A stretch of 64,000 bases of DNA. It comes from Amoebidium appalachense. Taxonomy: Eukaryota > Protista > Ichthyosporea. The stretch covers positions 2,254,389-2,318,388 of the forward strand of contig CAVNZM010000004.1 of the NCBI GenBank assembly GCA_963693365.1, in the 5' to 3' direction. The stretch's first letter is position 1. Each line of letters begins with the position of its first letter. This document shows, piece after piece, positions 28,574 through 43,556 of this stretch. The notes below the pieces were generated by a model. It searched no databases. It saw nothing but the letters and a program-made list of their open reading frames with translations, and had not been told where the DNA came from. The translations under genes were made by a program, and so were the position numbers.

Positions 28574-30152
28574 ACACACACGTGCGTGCCGCGCACGCGC
28601 GCATACACGCACACATACACACACAAGTAGACAAAGAGGTCATGTGATGCGGAGGTCGCTCTATACACATCTCAAATGTGCTCATACTTGCAAGGTGTTT
28701 ATACGTGACCCAGACCTCATTATTTAGTCAGGTGAACGCTAGATTAACTATGCACGCAGATGTCCCAAGTCCTTCCAACACATACGATCTACCAAACCGG
28801 TTCTGCACATATTAGGTTAGAGCTCTGCTTGTAGCGCACAGATATGTCGTGACACATGCTGATGGTGGGTCACTGCAGGTCTGGCCGACAAGGTCTACTT
28901 CCTGCCCGTTACTCCCAAATACGTCATGAAGGTACGTTTGAAACATTAAGATTCAGAAGATTGTGTGTGGGTGTCCATGTGAAGGGGTTGCACGGGGGAG
29001 GAGAGAGGGGCATTGGACGATTGCATGTAAACGTTTGTTAATGGAGAGTGCAACGGTTAATGGAGAGTGCAACGGTTAATGGAGAGTGCAAGGGGGCAAT
29101 ATGGAGGGTGGAGGAGGAAGAGGAAGAGGTGGAGGAGAGGGGCGCGGGGAGGGGAGGGGGGAGTGGGTGAATGGGGGAGGGGGGAGGAACGGGGAAGAGG
29201 GGGGGGAGAGCGGGGGGAGAAGGGAGGGGAGGCAACCATTGGAGAAATACCGCAGCTGTTATTGGTGCACCCAGTAACCCCCATTTGGTACTTGTGCAGG
29301 TGATCCAGCAAGAGCAGCCGGACGGAATTCTTGTTACGTTTGGTGGGCAGACAGCACTCAACTGCGCCATCCAGATCAAGGATGAGCTGCCGAAGCACGG
29401 CGTCAGGGTCCTGGGTACCCCCATTGACGTCATCATGTGGACTGAGGTCGGTCTCTTATCCCTCCACTGCCCTTGCTCATTCAGGATGTCTACACAGGGG
29501 CCATATCATCTTGTGCCTAACTTTCTTTGTGGTTCACAGCTCCTTACCCCACTGATGCGAAATATTCTGTTATAGCTCTGTTCTTCTTGTGGGGATCGTT
29601 TTTTGTTCCATGGAACCAGAATCAGGAAGATTTGTGGTTCTATTAATATGACCAACTGATGAAACTCCGAAGCGAATGGAGGTGTGATGTTGCAGTTGCG
29701 TCTTTATTTATAACACAGTCGTGCTTGGTATCGAACACTCTGCTCATGGATTTCTGCAGGATCGTGAGCTGTTTGCTGAGAAACTTGCCGAGATTGGCGA
29801 GCGATGTGCCACGTCGGCTGCAGCAGTCAGCGTCGAGGAGGCCCTGAATATCGTACGTGTACCTGTTCCCTTGTGTATCTATGTAGCCGTACAAGATTGA
29901 GCTACTGTACGTATGTGTCGTTGGGCAACAGAAGTTTACCTTAGACTATGTCTGTGTTGCTGTGCAATAGAAGTCTGCTGTTGCACGTGTGTTGTTGGGA
30001 TGGGTGGTGCTGGAAGCAGCAGCTGCAGATATGGAATAAGTCGAATACGGGCTGACAGAGAGGGAGTTATGGGGGGAGGGTGGTGGGTGCGGGATGGACC
30101 ACATGCCAACATGCGCGGACACGGGCATACACACTCGAACACAGCTACACAA

Positions 30153-30228
<76 letters not shown>

Positions 30229-31976
30229 TTCCGTCATCTCCCTTTCTCACCTATATACATGCCCCCCCCCCCCCCCCTCCCCCCTCCCCCCGGCCCTCGC
30301 CGGTTCACCCGGCCTTTCTTGTCCCCCTTCCCCAAAGCATACTGTGATATGTCCTCTTTCTCACGTCATCCTAAGCCCATGCCCTGTCTTGCTTTGAATA
30401 TCTTTGTGCATTACACATGATTCTAACACCGCCACTACCCCAGGCGAACAATGTCACAGGCTATCCCGTCATCTGCCGTGCCGCCTATGCACTTGGTGGT
30501 CTGGGCAGTGGCTTTGCCTCCAACGACGAAGAATTACGCAAACTGGTGGAAACGGCGCTTGCATCATCTCCCCAGGTGCTGATTGAGAGGTCCATGAAGG
30601 GCTGGAAGGAGATAGAGTATGAGGTGGTGCGTGATGCCTATGACAACTGCATCACTGTGTGCAACATGGAGAACTTCGACCCTCTCGGTATCCACACTGG
30701 TGACTCCATCGTCGTTGCACCCTCGCAAACGGTAATATCCTTATGCATACTCTTTATGTATGGCTTGCATTCTGCATCGTGTTATCCGTTTGTTCTTGTG
30801 TACTTCGTACTTTTTGACGCATTCAAACCCCCCCCCCCCCCCCCCTTCTCCCCGCATTCCCGCCGACTTCAATACACATGCACCACATGTCTGCACGCAT
30901 GCTGCACACCACACCCACACACGAATATCTTCCTAGACACAACCAGGCCACTCCAGTGCCATCTCTGCTGAACCATATCTACGCGCATGATAGAGTGAAA
31001 CTCCTTCACCGCTTCCCCTTTTTCTATTTTCTCCCCCCTAAACCGCAACCCCACCTCATATGCAACCCCGCCTTCCAGTTGCCTTTCAACCCAACCTATA
31101 AGCAGTCCCTTTAATTTTCCCCTAATTTCAATATTTTCACGCACATGCCACCCCATTACTCACAATCGCATACCCACCACAGCTGAGTGACCGTGAGTAC
31201 CACATGCTGCGCGACACAGCCGTCAAGACCATTCGTCACCTTGGGGTGGTGGGTGAGTGCAACATTCAGTATGCGCTGAACCCCGAGTCTGAGGAATACT
31301 GCATCATCGAGGTCAATGCTCGTCTTTCTCGTTCGTCTGCTCTTGCTTCCAAGGCCACCGGCTATCCGTTGGCGTTCGTTGCTGCAAAGTTGGCTCTGGG
31401 CATCCCTCTGCCTGAGATCAAGAATCAGGTCACAAAGGTCACATGCTCGTGCTTCGAGCCCAGGTGTGTGCTCACAACATGTGCTGTCTTGAATGTGGCA
31501 TGCACTGCACAGAGATTACCCAATGCATGGGTTGTTAAGTGTGTTGAGTAATGTGGTGTGCTGGAGGCTGTTTAGGTTATTAGAAGTGTGCATGTGGGAG
31601 TGTGCGTAGCTGTGGGGGTGTGGGTATGGTAGTGGATGGGGGATGGACCGGGGGGAGGCGGAGGAGGGGGTGGAGTTTGGCGTGTCTGGTTGTGGACATT
31701 TCTGACGGTGTCAAGGTGTCATGCCGGTTACTCCGGCCTTGGTGGTTATAGTTGTACTAGGAAAACGACCACTTTTTATCCTCCAGGCTGCCTTGTGCTT
31801 CTCTTCCGACTTGTGCATGGATATCGTGGGAATCCCCCCCCCTCTTTGGTGGGAGTTGTGGAAGTGTGCTGACATGTGGTGGCTGCAGTCTCGATTACTG
31901 CGTGGTGAAGATTCCCCGTTGGGATCTGAGCAAGTTCTCCCGTGTGGACCCCCGCGTCGGCTCCGCTATGAAGAGG

Positions 31977-32029
<53 letters not shown>

Positions 32030-33534
32030 AAACAAGAGGGAAAAAAAGGAATCGAGGCTTGAAGAGAAAAAAGAGGAATCGAGGCTTGAAAAACACGTGC
32101 AATCTTCCACATTTGGCATGTTCTGACGCCCGACAAAGGAAGGTGTGTAACGTATGCAGAAAGCACACTCACTATGGACAGGCACGAGGTTGCTTTCAAT
32201 AGGCTATTAACGATCTAAGCATGCTGTATCTCCGGCCGTAGGGAGGTGGCACTCTGTGCTGCGGCCGGTCGTTTTGCCATGCAAGAGCACTGCCGGTTGT
32301 CTAGCATAGTTGGGTGCGTCCCTGTGTGGGCGTGGCCTTGGAATTTATACCGCACATTTGGTTTTTTCGGACGGGTTGGGTCTTCAGTGCTCCACGTGGT
32401 TATTGTATTGATTAGGCACCATGCACCTTCTGTTTGTAGTTTATGTAAGATATTGGCTACCCGTTCAAGAGTGATGAATAACTGAAGTTTATAAAAGTCA
32501 CCGCATGCTGTATCTCCGGCCGTAGGGAGGTGGCACTCTGTGCTGCGGCCGGTCGTTTTGCCATGCAAGAGCACTGCCGGTTGACTAGCATAGTTGGGTG
32601 CGTCCCTGTGTGGGCGTGGCCTTGGATTTTATACCGCACATTCCCAATTAGGAACGGACTTTACTTGAGATACACACCCGTGTGAATTTAAAATGCGCCA
32701 TGTGACGGTTATGATATACACATCACAATGGAGCATATCGACGGAAGTAAGAGCCCGAGCTTGCTTCATTGCACGAGAAATATTGATCTTAAGTATCTGC
32801 TGTGAAGTATATACGCATGCTGTATCTCCGGCCGTAGGGAGGTGGCACTCTGTGCTGAGGCCGGTCGTTTTGCCATGCAAGAGCACTGCCGGTTGTCTAG
32901 CATAGTTGGGTGCGTCCCTGTGTGGGCGTGGCCTTGGATTTTATACCGCACATTTTGTCTGTCACACCCTACCCTTTTTCACTAATCACCACACCTCTTA
33001 TCTTTACACAAGCACACATGTCTCATAGACATGAATCGTTGGTATTTTCAGTCGGTGTGTACTTTTGAGTGCGATATTATATGGGTATCAACCCTTGCTC
33101 ACATTCCATGTTCCTTGTGCAGTGTTGGTGAGGTCATGTCGATTGCACGCACCTTCGAGGAGGCCATACAGAAGGCCATTCGGTCTGTCGACGACAAACT
33201 GGCTGGATTCCAACCGCAAAACGCAAACCTGACAGAGTAGGTATCCTGTGGCATTGGTTGTTCGTGTGTGTTTGTGTGGGTATGTTTGTGCGGTGGGCTT
33301 GCAAAGAGCCGATGACCGAGGTAGACGGATTGTGATAGTGGTTGTGGTAGTTGTTTTTTTTTTGTTTTTTTTGTTTTTTTTGTTTTTTTTTTGTGTGTGC
33401 GTGCGTGTGTGTGTGTGTGTGCGTGGGAGGGGAGGGAGGGGAGGGGGGTTACCGGTCTTTTGCGAACTGGGCGTATGATTTTGAAATTACGGTTTGCTTA
33501 TTCTCCCTTTTGCAAGGCAGGTGGTGGTGGTGGT

Positions 33535-33606
<72 letters not shown>

Positions 33607-33994
33607 GGGGGGGGAGGCTAAGGGGGAAGGTTGTGCTATGGCCTAAATAGTGCATGGTTGTGGATTCTTGCTGTCGTTTGTTTGAAGCTATGCCAACCCT
33701 AGGAAGTAAATATGCACACAAGAGTCAGCCACTCAATAAGCAACACATTCTCATTCATTCATGAGGAGCATCTGTCAAAATACTTTCTTTCCTTTCATTT
33801 TATTTGACATGTATCGTTTTCCATTGCAGTGAGAAGGAGATCGACAACCTCCTGCACAATGCCACGGACAAGCGTCTGTTTGTGCTTGCCCAGGCGCTGC
33901 AGCTGGGCTACAGTGTGGACCGCATCCACAGTCTGACCAAGATCGACAAGTGGTTCCTCAACAAACTCCAGCACATCACTGACTTCCGCGTATG

Positions 33995-34039
<45 letters not shown>

Positions 34040-34614
34040 ACAACAACAACAAAAAAAAAGAACGAAAAACGAACGAAAGATCAGGAAAAGAAGGATGGTT
34101 TGATGCAGGTGTGGGAGTGGGACTCGTGCACATGTACATATATGGGGGATTTGGTGTATTCATTTGTGTCTACCCAGGTGGTTCATGTATTTCTGCTTTG
34201 GGGTTTGTTTGACCACGGGCAATTTTGGATTAGGGTCTTTTTTGTTGGTTTTTTGTGGGATCCAGGAGGGGGGTTCAAACAAAAAAAGCATGCTGTATCT
34301 CCGGCCGTAGGGAGGTGGCACTCTGTGCTGCGGCCGGTCGTTTTGCCATGCAAGAGCACTGCCGGTTGTCTAGCATAGTTGGGTGCGTCCCTGTGTGGGC
34401 GTGGCCCTGGAATTTATACCGCACATTCTTACTACTCAATTATTTGGGACACCCGACATGTCGATACACGATCATTCCTGTCGGCACATGTTGACCCTCC
34501 CCCCCCCCCCACCCACCCACCCACCCACCCACCCACCCAATATTCTTCCATTCTCCCATGTTGCATATACAACACAAACGTACATGCATACAGCCGTGCA
34601 CACACTCTCGAGAG

Positions 34615-34695
<81 letters not shown>

Positions 34696-34839
34696 GGGCG
34701 CTGGAGAAGCACACCCCTGCCACCCTGACCCCGGATATGCTGCTTGCGGCCAAGAAACTGGGCTTCAGCGATCGTCAGATTGGGTCCTACATCGACACGG
34801 CCGAGCTGGGTGTCCACCAAATGCGCCGCGAGCATGGTT

Positions 34840-34880
<41 letters not shown>

Positions 34881-37800
34881 CTCCCCATCCCTTTTCTTTT
34901 ACTATCTATAGCATGTGGTCCTTGCTTCGCCCTGTCTTGCATAGCAATCAAGTAGTAAAGGAGAATAACAGCATGCTGTATCTCCGGCCGTAGGGAGGTG
35001 GCACTCTGTGCTGCGGCCGGTCGTTTTGCCATGCAAGAGCACTGCCGGTTGTCTAGCATAGTTGGGTGCGTCCCTGTGTGGGCGTGGCCTTGGATATTAT
35101 ACCGCACATTCTAAATTCATGTTGCCCTTGACACGCTTTCACACCCGCAAACGTTCGTGCACGTTTGCGAGGCTTGCAGAGAAGGTGGCATATAGCCATC
35201 CGCATGATATACACCCCACCATTCCACACACATGCCGATATCCCTTTGCTTTGGTTGTTCGGTTACCTGATATGCTTGGATACATCATCCACTACAGTCG
35301 CTGCCCCCCACTTCCCTCATCCCCACCCACCCTCACCCCTTTCTACACACACAGACATCCAAACACAAGCACGCATGCACACAGAAGTGCTCAGGAAGTG
35401 TCAGGCCCGCTTGCCCACACACACACGTCCCAAACTCATGCAAACAACCACACACACGGATGCACATGTATGCACACACACGCTCACACACACACACACA
35501 CGCACACGCGCGCGCGCGCGCGCACACACACACACACAAACATATCCTCACCCACCAAACAATAACCCGGCATATTCCCCTCTAGGCATCATGCCATGGG
35601 TGAAGCAGATAGACACGGTTGCAGCCGAGTTCCCCGCGCAGACCAACTACTTATACTGCACGTACAACGCCAGCACCCACGATGTTGCTTTCAACGAGCA
35701 CGGTGTGCTCGTGCTGGGCAGCGGTGTTTACCGTATTGGTTCCAGTGTGGAGTTTGATTGGTGCGCTGTCAGAGGTATGTTTTGCCTGTACCTACGAAGC
35801 GGATTTGGTTTGAGTACACAGTTGCATACGGTGTGGTACACAGTGCATACGGTGGGTGTGTTGATGGTTTAGATGTTTTGCTGGAAACGAATAGGATTGA
35901 GAGTGATGATGGGTATCTGCATGCTGTATCTCCGGCCGTAGGGAGGTGGCACTCTGTGCTGCGGCCGGTCGTTTTGCCATGCAAGAGCACTGCCGGTTGT
36001 CTAGAATAGTTGGGTGCGTCCCTGTGTGGGCGTGGCCTTGGATATTATACCGCACATTGTCAAGTTCAATTTAGTTGTTTTTTCTTTTTTTCTTGCACAA
36101 GACTTGTCTGCTGCAGAAGATGACAGAGTGATTTTTGTGCACTGCTCCATAGTCTCACTTCTAGGTTGTTCTGAAAGCGATAGCAGATCGGGCCAAGAAA
36201 GAAAAAACAGCATGCTGTATCTCCGGCCGTAGGGAGGTGGCACTCTGTGCTGCGGCCGGTCGTTTTGTCATGCAAGAGCACTGCCGGTTGTCTAGCATAG
36301 TTGGGTGCGTCCCTGTGTGGGCGTGGCCTTGGATATTATACCGCAAATTCTCACATGCGATATGTCTTTGGTGGTTTTGGTTGTTTTTCATTTTGTTTTC
36401 TTCAGATAGTCCGCGATTTCGTGTGGTTGCATGGTACCTTTCGTAGTTTTTCCCTTGACGATTGTTCTACCAACTTCCAAGCATGTAAAGTTTTTTTTTA
36501 CGTGATGTTAATGAAACATGATAGCATGCTGTATCTCCGGCCGTAGGGAGGTGGCACTCTGTGCTGCGGCCGGTCGTTTTGCCATGCAAGAGCACTGCCG
36601 GTTGTGTAGCATAGTTGGGCGCGTCCTCCTGTGGGCGTGGCCTTGGATATTATACCGCACATTTCTTTTGCACTAGTGTAGTTTCAGGTTGCTCCTATTT
36701 CCATGTTAGCTGACACGTTTTTTCCCACTATTCTTGTCTATGCACATCTGCGCACACTCAAATACACACGTACGGGGACGCGCGCGCACGCACACCACAC
36801 ACGTACACACACACGCAGCCGTGCGCACGCTGCGCAAGGAGGGCATCAAGACCATTATGCTCAACTACAACCCCGAGACTGTCTCCACAGACTACGATGA
36901 GGTGTGTGTTTGTGTTTTGTGTATGTGCATTTGTGTGTATGTGTCAGCGTGAGCACGTGTCTACATGTGTGTGTGTGTACATACATGGATGAGGGCCTTG
37001 CGTGTTATCAGTCTTTGCGGGGTGTCTATATGTGGTAGTATGGAGTGACTCTTCTATGTGCCTGCAAGTGGGCTGAGTAGGCCGGCGACTTCGACACACA
37101 TTGCAGAGGGCCGTTTTAGGGGCAGGTGTGGTGTGTGGTGGTGGTGGTGTGTGTGTGTGGGGGGGGGGGGGGGGGGGAGGGGGGGGATTAGCAGGGTTGA
37201 AATGACGAGCTCAGCAGGCTTGAATCGCCGAGGCGGACGAAAACCTCGACTATAAAGGTCCATAGTTCACGCATACACTTTGCAAATATGTTGTAGAGCG
37301 CACATACTGACTGTGTCCTGCAGGTGGACCGTCTATACTTCGGCAACATCAGTCTGGAGCGTGTGCTGGACATCTATGAGCTGGAAAAGAGCAGCGGTGT
37401 GCTTTTGGCCATGGGTGGGCAGGTGCCAAACAACATTGCTATGGCACTGCACCGCAGCCACGTCAAGATTCTTGGCACATCCCCCGTGGATATTGATATG
37501 GCTGAGAACAGATACAAGTTCTCCCGCCTGCTCGACAATCTGCATGTATGTGTACCCACGAACGTATGGAATGAACGGACACACACGTTTACAGTATTTA
37601 TGCACTACTGTGTATGTGCTTCACGGATATGTGTGCAGAGGCAAAGAAACACATCCAACAGGACAAACATCCGTGCACACAATGCACATGCATACACCGA
37701 CATCCCACATTCACCCCTTGGGAGATTATACGGCCGGGCAAAGAACAACCATCACGTATCTCAAGTATATTTGAGCACTACAGCCACGCATGTTGTCTCC

Positions 37801-39260
37801 TATGTTTACTTGGCCCATGCCATACCTATTCTATCTATGCGCCCACATCTATGGGTAATCTTAAATTTTCTTACACCCTCTCATTCGCTGGTCCTTTCAT
37901 AGGTGGACCAGCCCGAATGGAAGGAGCTGACGTCACTTGACGATGCCACGTCCTTCTGCAACCGTGTTGGGTTCCCTGTGCTTGTGCGGCCCTCGTACGT
38001 GCTGAGTGGTGCCGCCATGAATGTCGTCTACACACAGAACGACCTGGCCGAGTATCTCGGTGCCGCCGCAGAGGTCAGCAGGGACCACCCTGTCGGTATG
38101 TTATAATCCCTCTCCAAAACACACAGATACACGTGTGCGCGCATGCACACACACACACACACACACACACACTAATGGAAAAAAAAGGGGGGGGGGGGGG
38201 GAATAGACCTACCACAAAGGGCATGCTCACCTTTGCGTACACTATCTTCCCTCCTATTCTCTCCCCGAAGTATGCAAGGGATGGGTAGAGGCGGGGATGG
38301 GGTTTTTTTGGGGGGGGGGGAGGGGGGGGGGGGAGGGGAGGGGAGGGAGGGGAGGGGAAGGAGGGAAACGATGTGTGTAGTGATGGTCAGGGGCGATGGA
38401 ATGTTAAGGGGAGGGGAAGGGAGCAAATTGATTTAGAGTGCGTGGAATCGCTAACATGTACCTCCCGTCGTAACACACACACACACACACACACACACAG
38501 TGATCTCCAAGTTCATTGAGAATGCAAAGGAGATCGAGATGGATGCCGTGGCCAAGGACGGTCGCCTGGTCATGCACGTCATCTCCGAACACGTTGAGAA
38601 TGCTGGTGAGTACATGTGGGTGCAGGCGCGCGTGTCTGCACATGTACATGCGTGCACTGCCATGTTGTGGTTGTCGTGCATGGAAGTCGGTATATTCGTG
38701 TCTATACGGGAGAGAAGGGGAGGATGCCACTGTGTACTGGTTGACCTCGAGGAAATCGTGCCCTTTCCAAAGAGCACCAGATGAAGATATGCCCAGTCTA
38801 GCCATGCAGATACACATTGTGAGCAGGATTTCGACACCTTCATGTTTGCCGTACAGTGTGGAGTTCCTCTCATGTCTACATACGGATTTCGATTCCGGTT
38901 CGATCAGATCACCCACATAAGGCAATTATGGCAAACCGCTAAGATTGCTCTATGTCAAATGCTGACTCGATGGGGCCTGCAGGTGTGCACTCTGGTGATG
39001 CAACCCTCATCCAGCCACCCCAGGATCTGGACGAGATTACCGTGGTTAAGATCATCGAGGCCACTACTAAGATTGCCGAAGGCTTGCACGTTACAGGTAT
39101 TGACGAAGACATATTCACACATACGCACTTACCCACACACACGCCGCGCGCGCGCACACACACACACACACACATTCATGAAGCCAACAAGAAATATGGC
39201 CGTGACATTGTTGGGTGCATGGGCGTATTGGAAAGTCATATTTGGGAATGAGAGAATGGG

Positions 39261-39304
<44 letters not shown>

Positions 39305-39535
39305 CGTGCGTGTGTGTTGGGGGGGGGGGGGGGTTAGGGCCCATCTTGAGGGGTGGGCATGCAGGGCCCATGAACATCCAGTTCATTGCCAAGGACAACG
39401 AGATCAAGGTCATCGAGTGCAACCTACGCGCATCTCGCTCATTCCCCTTCGTCTCAAAGGTCAGTGCCCGTGCCAGCCTACCTTCTTCCCTCCTGTTCCC
39501 TAAACAACACAAAGCCCCTACTTGCCCGATCACGG

Positions 39536-39568
<33 letters not shown>

Positions 39569-39698
39569 TGGCGGCAACCCCTACCCCCTCGTCATGAACA
39601 ATTATCCGCCTTTCCCTTCTTGCCTTCTCCGTAGGTTAAATAGTTTATGTAGGCCGTGGAAAGATGCCCGTGGTTATAGAAGACGTCTTTTGTTCTAA

Positions 39699-39741
<43 letters not shown>

Positions 39742-40886
39742 CCCTCACACACACACACACAGACGATCAACGTCGACCTGATCGAGATGGCCACCCGTGC
39801 CATGTCCGACCTGCCGTTCCAGCCGTACCCCACAGCCGACATGCCGCCTATCGACTATGTGGGTGTCAAGGTGCCTCAGTTCAGCTTCAACCGTCTGGCC
39901 GGTGCTGATCCAGTGCTGGGCGTGGAGATGGCTTCCACTGGTGAGGTATGTCTTAATGTGCATACATGAAGGACCCGAGTATGTGTACAATAAGCTAACC
40001 CGGGGATAATGCTGTTGCAATTTATGGGCTGTTGGGATTTATGGAGCAAAAAACCACCTACAAGAGAATGGTTTTTGTTCCTGGATTTGACGGCATGAAT
40101 CTCTTTTGCCCATTTGTGCCAAGAATTCTCCACCATTGCCATTAACGTTACGAAGTCTGTCCTTTCGTTGAATACTAAAAAGACAGGGCGAGATACTGAC
40201 TGTGCACGTGTGCAGATTGCCTGCTTCGGGCGCAACAAGCAGGAGGCATACATCAAGGGTCTGCTGGCCGTCGGCTTCAAGCTGCCCACAGAGTCAAAGA
40301 ACGTCCTGCTCTCTATCGGTGCGTGCATGTGTGTGTTGGCATGGAGATCCGTATTTAAGGTCAAGTTTAAAACAATCTGTCAAAACAACGCTTTTTAATG
40401 AGTCGATGCCGACATTTGGCGGAATAACCGTCGGGAAATTGTTTAGGTGTCTCGTTCTTCTAGGTTTTACAGTATAGTTGGGTGAATGTCGAATACAGCA
40501 CTGTTGGACAAGCGCCTGGCACGACAAGTCTACTTCTTATTGTGTATGTGGGCTGTATTGATGCATGATGTTTTCACCATGAGCCCCGCATTAGCCCTAA
40601 GAATCGAGCCCTGCCTGTTGGTTTGAGCTTGATTAACACTTGGCAAGCAGTGTTTAGCAGAGTTTAGCTCCGAAGAACAAAAAGCTCCATGTCCCTGGCA
40701 CGTGCTAACTTGATGGTATCTCCCAGGCTCGTTCAAGGAGAAGGTGGAGTTCCTGCCGTCAGCAGCCAAAATGGTGGCCATCGGTTTCAAGCTGTTTGCC
40801 TCCCCGGGCACGGCTGACTTCCTTCAGGAGCACAACGTGCCCTGTACTATGCTCGACCTGCTGGTCTCCGAGGTACTACTTTACCC

Positions 40887-40926
<40 letters not shown>

Positions 40927-41496
40927 CCTTCCCTTCCTCTTTCCTTGGTGCTTTTCCTCTTGCTGGAAAGGAAACAGTGTTTGAAAGTAGAGGGCTTGCG
41001 ATGATGCTTGTTTATAGTAGTATGTGCACTGCGACACAAATTGTTGGGGCGCTCATTTACATGTTGGCCTCACCTGTCAACACTAGCGTCAGTAGTTGTA
41101 TCTCTGAATAGTACTTTTCTTACATCTTCAGCTCTTACCCAAATAAACCAGTGCACACTTAATTGTCGCCAACCACATCCCTCCTCTATCACCCCACGCT
41201 AACAGACCCCCTGCAGCAGGACGGCATGCAGGAGAAGGACGAGTACAGCATCGGCAAGTTCCTCAAGGAGAAGCTGATCGAGCTGTACATCTGCCTGCCC
41301 TCAAGGAACAAGTACCGCCGCCCTGCCTCCTACATGTCCCGCGGCTACAAGACTCGCCGTATGGCCGTCGACTTCCAGGTCAGCCCCCCCCCCCCCCGGG
41401 GCTCCGCGAACACACTTAGAGAAATTACCACCACGGATATGTGGGGCTAGCTTTTACCACCCTGTATGCACAATGGTCTCCGTCCCCTTTCATCCA

Positions 41497-41558
<62 letters not shown>

Positions 41559-41637
41559 TACCACACTCCTCGCTTTTAAAAGCGGTACCTTCAACCACCT
41601 TATTTCATTTTGCCTGTCCAACTCCTGTGTGGCCCCA

Positions 41638-41693
<56 letters not shown>

Positions 41694-43457
41694 ACAAACC
41701 AAACAACACAACAACAAAAAAGCGGTGGTCTGAAATTCCACACCTCTGCACAGGTGCCGCTGATCACCAACATCAAGTGTGCCAAGCTGTTTGTGGATGC
41801 GCTGGAGATGTACCCCAACGTTGTGGACACCCCCCTGGGCTCGTACGACTCCAAGTCGTCCTACCGCATGGTGCAGCTACCTGGCTTCATCGACATGGCA
41901 GCCCACAGCACCCTCAGTGCGCCCATCGAGATTGCAGAGAACACCAGTGCTGCCCTTGCTGGCGGTGTTACCATCGTCAACATGGTGCCTGCCTCATGCG
42001 GCGAAAGTATGTTCTATTCTTTCCCCCCCCGTCCCCCCCCCCCCCCCCCCGGGGGGGGGGGGGGGGGGGGGGGGCCTTTCTTCACCAACCACCAGCGCCA
42101 CCGTCAATAATTAAAAACACATACGGGCGCATACTTGTGCTGTTGCTTGTGCTTGCGGGGGGGACCTTTCTTCACCAACAACGAGCACCACCAGCGCCAC
42201 CGTCAATAATTAAAACACATACGGGCGCATGCTTGTGCTGTTGCTTGTGCTTGCGTGCACCGCTCATGCAACCTGTAGTATTTGCTGTGGAAACCGGCCT
42301 TCATGCCATGTACTCTGTGCTTCCCCCCCCCCCCCCCCCTCCCCCCCCCCCCCCCTCTCCCAACCCGTTGTGGGTGTTCTTTTTGTGTCATGATTGTGTG
42401 CGTCGTAATTTGTGACTCATTCTATTCCCCCCTTCCCCCCCCCCCTCCCCCCCCTTTCCCCCCCATGTTATGCAGCCGGCATGCCCAACCTTCTTGAGGC
42501 GCAGCTGATGGCCGGGGAGAGTGCCCACTGTGACTATGCTGTGCTGGCCTGTGCCACCGGTGATGCCACAAAGATCGACGTGACTGCTTCAGGTAATGCT
42601 GCCTTCTCCCCTCACCCACAAAGGCTCTGCTTCCCCTTGCTTTTTATGAGAGAGAGTGCCTCTTTCTCTTTCTCTCTCTGTGTGTGTAGTATGTGTAGTT
42701 ATGTGCATGTTGTGTGAACGCACCTTACAGTACTTGGGGATCAGTCATACACGTGGATCCCTGAGAGTCCTGTGTGCAAGAGGTACCTGCAGCCACAATC
42801 ATTGGCCAACACCTGTGTTCCCGTGGTGTGGTCAATACACTTGCTGCATATATTTCCCTCTCCCCCCCACTTTTCCCCCCGCACCCCCTCTCTCCTTTCC
42901 CCTCGCGTGGTGTGTTGATGTATGGGTGAGTGCGGTTGACTTTGTGTGTCTGTGCATGCACGCGCACGTGTGTAAAGTTTATGCACCTTACAGTACTTGG
43001 GGATCAGTCATACCCGTGGATCCCTGAGAGTCCTGTGTGCAAGAGGTACCTGCAGCCTCAATCATTGGCCCGCACCTGTCAGCCGTGGTGGGGTCAATAC
43101 ACTTGCTGCAAACATTTCGATTCATAATTCCTGCCCCGTATGTTATGACCCAGGCTCGCCGTTATTGCTCAACACCATTGCTGTTCACATCAATCTTAGT
43201 ATCCTAACGGACATACCCAATTATCTCTTGGTGAACATGAACACCATCTAACGGCCATGGCATATATACAGGTGAGGTTGCCGGTCTGTTTGTGCAGGCG
43301 GCAGTGCGCAGTGGTGTGCAGCCCTACCTGGGCAGCCTGTCGCAGCTGCAGCAGTGCCTGACCCACACCCCCGCCCACATGCCCATCATCGCACAGGCCA
43401 CAGGCACAACCCTGGCCTCCCTGCTCTTCCTCAGCCAGGTTACTATCTCTCTCTCTC

Positions 43458-43497
<40 letters not shown>

Positions 43498-43519
43498 CCC
43501 CCTCCTGGAAAGGGGGGAA

Positions 43520-43556
<37 letters not shown>

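Noticed and set aside
32219-36664. CRISPR-like repeat-spacer array
   Set aside because: The repeats are 141 nt, intronic and eukaryotic with no cas genes; H/ACA structure and rRNA complementarity explain them.
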